Assembly (NCBI GenBank): GCA_965228875.1 | Contig: OZ245843.1 | Location: 4,417,971-4,481,970 of the forward strand | DNA: 64,000 bases | Direction of reading: 5' to 3' | DNA from: Thalassobaculaceae bacterium | Lineage (GTDB): Bacteria; Pseudomonadota; Alphaproteobacteria; Thalassobaculales; Thalassobaculaceae | Shown here: piece after piece, positions 26,032 through 33,629 of the stretch | Position numbering within the stretch: position 1 is the stretch's first letter | How the letters are laid out: each line of letters opens with the position of its first letter | Notes under the pieces: model-generated | Told to the model about the DNA's origin: nothing | Databases searched by the model: none | What the model saw: only the letters and a program-made list of their open reading frames with translations | Made by a program: the position numbers and the translations under genes

Positions 26032-27054
26032 ATGGCCGACAGTCAGACGGGCGCCGAGGCGCCGAAGGAAACGGACGGCGAGGCGGTACCCGCCGAGGGG
26101 CAGGAAGCCGCCGCGGCGTCACCACCTGCAGCGGCGTTCTCGGAGAATATCGCGGCGATCGACAGGACCACGGCGGCGGCGGTTGCGACGCTGCGTCGGG
26201 CGGAGCCGAAGCACAAGGGATCGGACCCTCTCTACAACATTCCCTGGTATCTGTTCCTCGGCCCCTCGTCGGAGTCCGTGGAACAGCTGCTGCGCGCGGT
26301 GCCGAACGGCGACATCCTTGCGCCGGGGCAGGCGGAGCCGGCGGGCGAGACGCTTCGCTGGTGGAACCTGCGACGGGCGATCGGTATCTCCTGGCCTTCA
26401 ACGCTGCTCTGCTCCCATGACGACCGGGAACGCTGGCAGGTCGTGGAGCATGCGATGGAATCGCTGCTCAAGGCGCGCAAGCATCTGCCGGTGAACGGGA
26501 TCGTGGTCGTGGTTCCGGTCGCCGACCTCGTCGACGGGTCGGGGCGGCTCGACAGACTGGCGCGGGTGATCCGCGATATCGTCAACGAGATGCGGACCAC
26601 GCTTAAGTTCAGCTTTCCGACGACGGTGGTCGTCACCGGCCTGGATCGGCTCACGGGACATGACGCGTTCTTCGGTGGCCTCGACCGGACCACGGAGCAG
26701 GCGCTCGGGATCCGGCTGGACGATGCCATGCGGCAGGCGGATGTCAGGGCGACGATGGCGACCACCTTCGCGCAGTGGCGCGACCGGCTGCACGAGATCC
26801 GCATGTCGCTGCTGCGGCAGCCGGCCGAGAAGGTCGACATGCGGGGGGTGTTCCGGTTCATCCCCGAGTTCGAGCGGCTGGAGGCGCCGCTGGCGGCACT
26901 GGTCGAGACCCTGTTCTCCGAGAGTCCGGGAGACAACCGGCGACCGCAGTGGCGGGCGCTGTATCTGACGGCGCCGGGCAGCAGGGAACCGCATCTCAAG
27001 GACCTGTTCGATCACTTTCTTCCTGTCGACGCCTCGCTCGCGACGCGGGCGTGA
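26032..27054 (+). CDS. tssM: Truncated TssM/IcmF: cytoplasmic NTPase-like domain only
   Basis: DPLYNIPWYLFLGP, PVNGIVVVV, FPTTVVVTGLDRLTG...FF, WRALYLT, LKDLFDHFL..DASLA match the IcmF N-terminal domain. No TM segment; stops before the periplasmic region. Confidence 0.78.
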   Translation: MADSQTGAEAPKETDGEAVPAEGQEAAAASPPAAAFSENIAAIDRTTAAAVATLRRAEPKHKGSDPLYNIPWYLFLGPSSESVEQLLRAVPNGDILAPGQAEPAGETLRWWNLRRAIGISWPSTLLCSHDDRERWQVVEHAMESLLKARKHLPVNGIVVVVPVADLVDGSGRLDRLARVIRDIVNEMRTTLKFSFPTTVVVTGLDRLTGHDAFFGGLDRTTEQALGIRLDDAMRQADVRATMATTFAQWRDRLHEIRMSLLRQPAEKVDMRGVFRFIPEFERLEAPLAALVETLFSESPGDNRRPQWRALYLTAPGSREPHLKDLFDHFLPVDASLATRA

Positions 27055-27120
27055 GCGAGGTGTGGTGATGATCGGCGCGGCGGAGCGACGACGTTTCAAA
27101 CCCTGGTCGGGGGCGACCGA

Positions 27121-28530
27121 ATGACCGAACGACGTAGCCTTCTGGACGTGTTCACCCCGGTGATGCTGGACGTCCTCGATGTCGAGGATGGCCTCGCCCG
27201 GGGCGATGGCAGCGTGCCCTCGGCGGAGCAGAAGACGGAGGAATGGCTGGCGACGATCGACGAGGCGGTCGCCACGGCCGAACGCCTCGGCCACAGCAGC
27301 CAGAACGCAGAGATCGCCAAGCGTGCCGTGATCGCCTGGATCGACGACATCATGGGGCTCCGGCGGGACTGGTACGGCCGGGTCACCAACCTTCAGTCCC
27401 GCGTGTACAACGGCGCCTCGGTGCTCGGCCGAAAGTTCTACGAGGACCTGGAGGCCCTCAGCAAGGACAGTCAGAGAGACGTCTTCGACGTGTTCTTCGT
27501 CTGCCTCGCCCTCGGCTTCAAGGGAGAGAAGCTCCTGTACGCCGGATCCGACGTGGACCGCGAGGCGGCCCGCCTCAAGCAGGATGTCAGTTTCCACCTG
27601 TCGACGGACCGCATCGATCTCGACAGGCTGCCCGGCCAGAAGATCTTCGCCCAGCCCTATCAGCAGGACGACCCGCCGCCGCCGCCGCCGGGCCCGCCTC
27701 TGCCGCGATCCTATGGCAAGATCCTTGCTGCGCTGGCGGCGGTTCTGTTGCTGGCGGCGATCGGCGCCGGGTACTGGCTGACCCGGAGCGAGACCGACTG
27801 GCGGGCGCATATCCAGGCGGCGGCCGAGGAGGCGGTTGGGCGCTACGAATGCGCCAGCGTCTCGGTCCGGACGGCGCCGGACCTGTCGCTGTCCTACAAG
27901 GGTTTCGTCGGGTCGGAGGACGATCGCGGCGCGCTCGAGGCGGACCTGCTGGGCATCGAGCGGGTGGAGCGGGTCACCGGCACGCTTGAGGTCATGCCTT
28001 GGCCGCTTTGCGCCGTGCTTGTGATCCTGGAGGATACGGTGCTCAACGACGGTTCCCGGTCGGAGACTCCGACGGTTGCGGTCAACCATCGTGACGGGAG
28101 GTATCGTCACCGCGACCTCCTGGTCACTGACGTGACGGTGCCGGCGGCGGAGCCCGGTCACCTTCTGGTCAGCTATGTCGGGCAGGCGGACACCGTCACC
28201 CATCTGTTCCCGAACGAAGACGTCGTTTCCAGCCGGGCCGATCCGAAGATGCGATTGCGCCTCGGATACGCGGAAGGCGCGGCCTCCGATGCCGGCGGGT
28301 ACGATGTGCAGACCAACCTCATGTATCCGCTGTCGGCGGACCCCGAAGGGCCCAGTCTGGTGTTCGCTGTCTGGAGCGCGGAACCGATCCTCGACGGCTT
28401 CGCGCCGGTGTCGCAGCAGCGGACCGACGAGTTCCTTGCGGCGCTCCGCGCGGCTGTGGATGCGTCCAATGCGTCGGACGACGCCGCCAGGCTCTATGCC
28501 CGCACGGTGACGATCACCGTGGCCCGGTAG
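27121..28530 (+). CDS. tssL: TssL/DotU fused to a periplasmic Cys-paired/DUF4384-like module
   Basis: AKRAVIAWIDDIM...LQSRVY...GRKFYEDL...VFFVCLALGFKG (DotU); poly-Pro; TM helix; then YEC...GFVGS...PWPLC...YRHRDLL...VSYVGQADTVTHLFP. Confidence 0.85.
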   Translation: MTERRSLLDVFTPVMLDVLDVEDGLARGDGSVPSAEQKTEEWLATIDEAVATAERLGHSSQNAEIAKRAVIAWIDDIMGLRRDWYGRVTNLQSRVYNGASVLGRKFYEDLEALSKDSQRDVFDVFFVCLALGFKGEKLLYAGSDVDREAARLKQDVSFHLSTDRIDLDRLPGQKIFAQPYQQDDPPPPPPGPPLPRSYGKILAALAAVLLLAAIGAGYWLTRSETDWRAHIQAAAEEAVGRYECASVSVRTAPDLSLSYKGFVGSEDDRGALEADLLGIERVERVTGTLEVMPWPLCAVLVILEDTVLNDGSRSETPTVAVNHRDGRYRHRDLLVTDVTVPAAEPGHLLVSYVGQADTVTHLFPNEDVVSSRADPKMRLRLGYAEGAASDAGGYDVQTNLMYPLSADPEGPSLVFAVWSAEPILDGFAPVSQQRTDEFLAALRAAVDASNASDDAARLYARTVTITVAR

Positions 28531-28573
28531 ACGGCGCGGGTACGGGGCTAGGCAGGGGGAGGAGAAGCACGGG

Positions 28574-29773
28574 ATGGATGCTGGCGTGTTTTCGGCCGAC
28601 GCGGTGCTTCATGCCGCGCTGTATGGCACGTTCATCGTCATGATCGTTGCGATCGCCGCCAACGACTGCGCCGGCGCGGTCGCGCTGGTCTGCGTCGACG
28701 GCACGGTCGACATGCGCGCAGCGCAGGTCCTGATCGCGGTGTTCCTGGTTGTGGGCGCCGTGTTCGTCGCGCCACCCGTCCTCGATCGCCTGATTCTGCC
28801 GCTGATCGCCCTGGAGGACTTCCGCGCCGCACCCTTTGCCGGACCGACGGTCCTGTTCAGCGCCGTCGTGCCGCTGGCGCTGGCGACGGTGTTCGGCGTC
28901 CCGGTCTCCGCATCGGCTCTGGTGGTCCTGGCCGTCCTCGGGGTCATCGTCGAGCGCGGAGGAGGCGTCGATGCCGCCGCGGCTGGCCGGCTGGCGTTCG
29001 CACTGCTGCTGCTGCCCGCCATAGCCTGCGGGGTCGGTCGAGGGTTGGCGTGGGCGTTTCGGGACCGAGCCGTTTCGGGCTCCCGGCCGCGCGATGCGCT
29101 GACCTGGGCTCTCCCGGGACTGGCGGCGTTGCTCGCCGCAGCGACCGTCGTCGTCGTCGCGCTGCTGACGGATCTGCACGGGCCCGTCGCGCAGGTCTCG
29201 GCGATCGTCGCGGGCATCGCTGTCATCGCGGCCTTCGCGGTCGGCGGCGTGTATCTGCTGCGCATTCGCCGGTCGCCGTTCTGGGTGTCCAACGACCGTC
29301 AAGGGTTCGAGGCGGCGCATGGATCGCTGTCGCTGGCGTGCGGCGCCCTCGGCGGCCTGTTGCTCAGCGGTGTCAATGTCGGCATGGCGATTGCGCTTTT
29401 GTCGGTCCTGCTGAACGGGGGAGGCGCCGGCGTGAGCTTCGCCAGCCCGCCGCTCTGGCTCGGCCTCGGGCTGGCGTTCCTGACCGTTCTGCTGGCCGGC
29501 CATCATCTGGCGGGACGACTGGAGCGTGCCGGACTGACGCCGGAGCCGTCGCAGGCCGCGATCGGGACCATAGGCGCGTTCGTCGGCGCCGCGCTGGCGG
29601 CCGTCGTGCACGCCCCACTGCCCCCCAGCCTGACACTGGCATCCGGACAGTGCGGAGCGGCGGGTGACCTCCGCACAACGGCGCGGTGGCTCGGCATCGG
29701 ACTCCTGGTCGGCCTGCTGTCCTTCGCCCTTTCCTTTGCCGTGGATCTGGCGCTCCGCCTTCTGGCGGAGTGA
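28574..29773 (+). CDS. Polytopic membrane protein, divergent PiT (inorganic phosphate transporter)-like
   Basis: Many TM helices; AANDCAGA resembles GANDVANA; ATVFGVPVSAS resembles AT..G.PVSTT. Confidence 0.6.
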   Translation: MDAGVFSADAVLHAALYGTFIVMIVAIAANDCAGAVALVCVDGTVDMRAAQVLIAVFLVVGAVFVAPPVLDRLILPLIALEDFRAAPFAGPTVLFSAVVPLALATVFGVPVSASALVVLAVLGVIVERGGGVDAAAAGRLAFALLLLPAIACGVGRGLAWAFRDRAVSGSRPRDALTWALPGLAALLAAATVVVVALLTDLHGPVAQVSAIVAGIAVIAAFAVGGVYLLRIRRSPFWVSNDRQGFEAAHGSLSLACGALGGLLLSGVNVGMAIALLSVLLNGGGAGVSFASPPLWLGLGLAFLTVLLAGHHLAGRLERAGLTPEPSQAAIGTIGAFVGAALAAVVHAPLPPSLTLASGQCGAAGDLRTTARWLGIGLLVGLLSFALSFAVDLALRLLAE

Positions 29774-29794
29774 CGCCGAAGGGAGCTCGTTGCC

Positions 29795-30499
29795 ATGCTG
29801 TCCGCCGCGCTCAGTCAAGTCCATCCGACCGTCGGTTTCGCCGTCCTGTTGTGTCTGGCCGCCGTGGCCGTGTGCGTGACCGCCATGCCGGTGCTCCGTG
29901 GGGCGGCGGCGGGCGTCGATCCCATGACGCTACGACGCGCGGCGCGCGCCGCGCGGGCGCCGCACCGGCCGCTGCTGTCTCTGTTCAACACGGGCCGGCG
30001 CCGGATCGTCGCCCTGGCCGGCATCGGGACGCTTGTTGCCGTGTTCGGGTTCGGCAGCCTCGGTCTGGTGGCGTTCGACAGCAGGATACGGGGTCAGAAT
30101 TCGGCGATCGCCGAGCGTCACCGCCTGGAGGGCGAGATCGAGGCGGCGCGGGCGCAGACGAAGGAGGCGGAACGTCGTGCCAGCGAGGCGCTGGCGGCAA
30201 GGGACGAGGCGCATCGCGAGGAGATGCTGGACCAGGAGGCGCGCTACCAGAAGCGGATCGAGGAGCTCAAGGCGGAACACCAGGCGGAGGTGAACAGCCT
30301 GACCCTGAAGTTCCAGGAGGACCTGGCGCGCCAGGGGGAGACCGACGAGTTGAAGAACTCGGTCAGCAGCATGCAGATGCAGCTTCTGGAGCAGACCAAC
30401 AGGACGCTGACCATCGAACTCGACCGGGCGAAGGAGATCATCCTGGATCAGGCGGCCCGGATCCGGGCGCTCGAGGAGAAGCTGGCGGAAGGCAACTGA
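29795..30499 (+). CDS. Hypothetical membrane protein with long C-terminal coiled coil
   Basis: Two hydrophobic segments, then an E/R/Q/L-rich heptad region; host-like codon usage. Confidence 0.75.
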   Translation: MLSAALSQVHPTVGFAVLLCLAAVAVCVTAMPVLRGAAAGVDPMTLRRAARAARAPHRPLLSLFNTGRRRIVALAGIGTLVAVFGFGSLGLVAFDSRIRGQNSAIAERHRLEGEIEAARAQTKEAERRASEALAARDEAHREEMLDQEARYQKRIEELKAEHQAEVNSLTLKFQEDLARQGETDELKNSVSSMQMQLLEQTNRTLTIELDRAKEIILDQAARIRALEEKLAEGN

Positions 30500-30539
30500 C
30501 GGACCCGTTCATGGCAGGAACACGGCGGATGGAACGCCC

Positions 30540-30890
30540 ATGATCATCGCCAACAGTCAGGTGACGGCCATGCGGTCGGTCGGGTGGACGGCGTGGCGGC
30601 AGCGGCATGCCGACGCCCTCGAGTCCCTGCTGCCCGAAATCGCGGCCAGTGAGGGCGACGGTTGGATCGACCTGGTCGATACGGTTCTGCGCCACGCCGA
30701 CATGGCCGGATTGACCGGGTTCGAGGAGGTGCGCGCCTTCGGCTATGCGTCCCTCACCCTCGGCATCGGGTTCGAGGGCCGGGAGGATCTGCCGGGCCTT
30801 GACCGCGCGATGGAGAAGACTGGATCGGCGCGGGCTGCGGCGCTGTGGCAGGTCTGCGCCGACGCCAGCCACGATCCGGAGGCAGTATGA
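30540..30890 (+). CDS. Small hypothetical protein, possible T6SS co-chaperone
   Basis: 116-aa ORF, ATGA-coupled to the next gene. Confidence 0.6.
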   Translation: MIIANSQVTAMRSVGWTAWRQRHADALESLLPEIAASEGDGWIDLVDTVLRHADMAGLTGFEEVRAFGYASLTLGIGFEGREDLPGLDRAMEKTGSARAAALWQVCADASHDPEAV

Positions 30891-32248
30891 GGGTCGCGAC
30901 ACGGCCGATGAACCCGCAGGCGGTGGCCGCCGCGAACGCCGCGACGGATGCCCGGTTCCCGAGCCGGCCGCGGCCGGGCGACCCGGAGTACGGGGCTTTC
31001 CGCAAGACCTGGATGGACTCCTATGTCGAGGCGGGCGGCGGCGTCGAGACGACAACGCCCGAGGAGGCGGTCCGCGCCGCCGAGGCGGACGCGGCTGAAG
31101 ACACCGCCGCGGATGGCGCCAGCCGTGATGTGATCGAGCAATGCGCCGAGACGTCCGGTCCGCCTCCGCCCCCGCCGCCGGCGGATACATCGGGGTGCTC
31201 GTGTCAGATCGCGTCCCTGGGTGTGGTGTGCGAGCATGGCCGGTCCGCCCGGGATGGCCTGCTCATGGTTGTAGCCGACAATGCGTTCGGCGACGAGGTG
31301 ACGGTCACGCCCGCGACGTCGGGTGCCTGCGAGGGGAAGATCACCGTCCGGGCGTCGGGCAAGCGGGAGTTTCCGGTGAAGGACACCGCAGCGCACAGCT
31401 TCAAGACCTCGGGGCGGGGAACCCTGTACCGGGGCCTGTTCGACCTGCACAGAATCCCTCCGGTCAGCACGACGGTCTCGGCCGAGGCGTGCGGGCGTCA
31501 GGCCGAGGCGGTGAAGGTCGAGGCTTATCCATCGAGCAAGCTGACCGGAAAGCTCGATCTTCAGAAGCTGGTCGAAGACTACAAGGGCATCGCCGCCTAT
31601 CTGCCGATCCGGGCCTCGGGAGAGAAGAAACCGATCAAGCCGCTCGACGCACCGAAGAAGAAGAATTGGGAGTTGGATACCGGAACCTCGATCAGCATCG
31701 AGGTTCAGTGGAAGGAGGATTCTGACAGCCATCGGGCGTACTGCGGCCATACCCTTGCCGGTGCGATGGATCCCGTGTTCGGCGTGGCGGCGTCGTATCC
31801 GATCTTCGGGATCCCGGTTCCGCCGCGCGTGGACCGCTACATCAAGGCCGGGCTGTACCTGAATATCGGCCTGGGCACCTCGATCAGCGCCGGCTGCGAG
31901 TGGGCCTATTGGCCCGACACGCGCGAGACCGAGTGGCACGCGGTGCGGATCGAATTGAAGGGGAGCGGCTCGCTCGAGATCGCCGCCGAACTGATCGCCC
32001 TCAGCGAGGATGTCGCTCAGGCGAAGATCGCGGGCAAGGCGACGATCAGCGTTCAGGGAACCGGTCAGAAGGGGTCCGGTAATGCGCCGGAACTGAAGGG
32101 CCAGGCGACCCTCGAGCCTCTGACCGCCACCGTGATCGGCAAGATGGCCTGGGGGTTGGTCGAGACCGAGCGATCCTGGACGGTGACGGAGGCCATGAAC
32201 TTCCCGGAGAAGGAGTTCGTCTGGAAGCTCGACAAGGAGCTGAACTAG
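30887..32248 (+). CDS. Hypothetical protein, candidate T6SS effector
   Basis: No signal peptide; N-terminal helical segment (RKTWMDSYVEAGG), poly-Pro linker, Cys-rich then beta-rich body; at the end of the T6SS operon. Confidence 0.65.
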   Translation: MRVATRPMNPQAVAAANAATDARFPSRPRPGDPEYGAFRKTWMDSYVEAGGGVETTTPEEAVRAAEADAAEDTAADGASRDVIEQCAETSGPPPPPPPADTSGCSCQIASLGVVCEHGRSARDGLLMVVADNAFGDEVTVTPATSGACEGKITVRASGKREFPVKDTAAHSFKTSGRGTLYRGLFDLHRIPPVSTTVSAEACGRQAEAVKVEAYPSSKLTGKLDLQKLVEDYKGIAAYLPIRASGEKKPIKPLDAPKKKNWELDTGTSISIEVQWKEDSDSHRAYCGHTLAGAMDPVFGVAASYPIFGIPVPPRVDRYIKAGLYLNIGLGTSISAGCEWAYWPDTRETEWHAVRIELKGSGSLEIAAELIALSEDVAQAKIAGKATISVQGTGQKGSGNAPELKGQATLEPLTATVIGKMAWGLVETERSWTVTEAMNFPEKEFVWKLDKELN

Positions 32249-32249
32249 G

Positions 32250-32960
32250 ATGGCCATCGACACGGCGCTTCGTTTCGCTCCGGCGACACCGGGGCTGCGG
32301 GTGTTCCTGAACGGGTTCCTGCTGGTGAACGACCGCGATGGCGAGGCGTCGACGACACGCGTCGGAGCCTTTCTCGCTCCGGGTACCAACGTCGTCGTGC
32401 TGGATGCCGGGGATGATCTGCAGGCGGCGGGCCGGGTCGTCGTCACCCCTGGAGACGATGCGTTCGCGACGCCACTGGTCGATATCTCGCTGCCCGACCC
32501 CGATGCGCCGGGCACGGTGGCACAGGATCGTTTCGACCCGCCGGCCGGGACGCCGGCCTGGCGCTGGACCCGGGCGGAAGCGGTGGAGGGCGATGTGGTC
32601 GACGACCTGCACCGGTTCCTGTCGACGGTCGCCGAGGCCTTTGCCGCGCCCGATGTTGGGCGGCTGCTCGCCCTGTTGGCGACGAAACACGAGGAACTCG
32701 GCCAGAGCTTCGGCGTCGGGCGTGCGCGGATGGACACGGGCCTCTCCCAGGGGCTGGCGACGCGTCGCGAGCAGGGTGGCTTGGCGGTCGACCTGGCGTC
32801 GCCGGAGGATCTCGATCTTGTCTGGTCGCCCGACCGGACCCACGTCCGACCGCTCAGGGGGGACGGGAGCGACGCGCTCCATCTCCTGGTCGGCGGTGCA
32901 CCCCAGCCGTTCGAGCTGCATGTCGGCAGGCTCGATGGATCCTGGGCGGTTCTTCGGTAG
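32250..32960 (+). CDS. Hypothetical protein, candidate immunity protein
   Basis: Starts 1 nt after the candidate effector stop; AAGGAG RBS. Confidence 0.6.
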   Translation: MAIDTALRFAPATPGLRVFLNGFLLVNDRDGEASTTRVGAFLAPGTNVVVLDAGDDLQAAGRVVVTPGDDAFATPLVDISLPDPDAPGTVAQDRFDPPAGTPAWRWTRAEAVEGDVVDDLHRFLSTVAEAFAAPDVGRLLALLATKHEELGQSFGVGRARMDTGLSQGLATRREQGGLAVDLASPEDLDLVWSPDRTHVRPLRGDGSDALHLLVGGAPQPFELHVGRLDGSWAVLR

Positions 32961-32985
32961 CCCCGTGGCGCGCGCGAGACCCCGA

Positions 32986-33462
32986 ATGATGCAGCAGGCC
33001 GGCTTCGCCCTCATCCTGTTCGGCGTCGCCCTGAGCGCCGCCGGCGCCCTGGTGTTCTGGCAGTCGCTGTCCCAGACCCGGTTCCACCCGATCGCGGCGA
33101 CCGTCCTCGAGAGCGGTATCGGCCTGACCGGATCCCGCTACTCCGGATCGTCGAAGGCCTCGCGCTACTGGGAACTGCAGGTCCGCTACAGCTACGAGGT
33201 GGCGGGCCGGCGTTACGAGAGCACCTTCGTCTCCAGCAAACCGATCCGTGCCGTCGCCGACGACGGGGCGAAACCCACCGCGGAACTGGAGGCGATCGCC
33301 GCGTCGTTTCCGGTCGGCGCGACGGTTCGGGCCTGGGTCGCTCCCGACGATCCGGAGCGCGTCGTCCTGTTCCCGGCCGAGGATGCGGAATGGATGCTGC
33401 TGGCGATCGGGATCGCGGTCCTCGCGGTCGGGATCGGCGTACGCGTCCACTCCTCATCGTGA
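32986..33462 (+). CDS. DUF3592-like two-TM membrane protein
   Basis: TM, then ATVLES...VRYSYEVAGRRYES...FPVGATVRAWVAPDDPERVVL, then TM. Confidence 0.8.
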   Translation: MMQQAGFALILFGVALSAAGALVFWQSLSQTRFHPIAATVLESGIGLTGSRYSGSSKASRYWELQVRYSYEVAGRRYESTFVSSKPIRAVADDGAKPTAELEAIAASFPVGATVRAWVAPDDPERVVLFPAEDAEWMLLAIGIAVLAVGIGVRVHSSS

Positions 33463-33629
33463 GCGGCGATGCCGGCGCGGCATCAGTTGCGTTGCATATC
33501 GGCAACATCTCCTGAAAATAGTATCGGCCTTCCGGATGATTCCCGTCATGTGGAGGGCGCGCGAGGTTGCTCGCCCGTGGCGCGTGGAGGTACCTTGGTT
33601 AAAATCCTTTAACTCTGCGTGGGGGCGTT

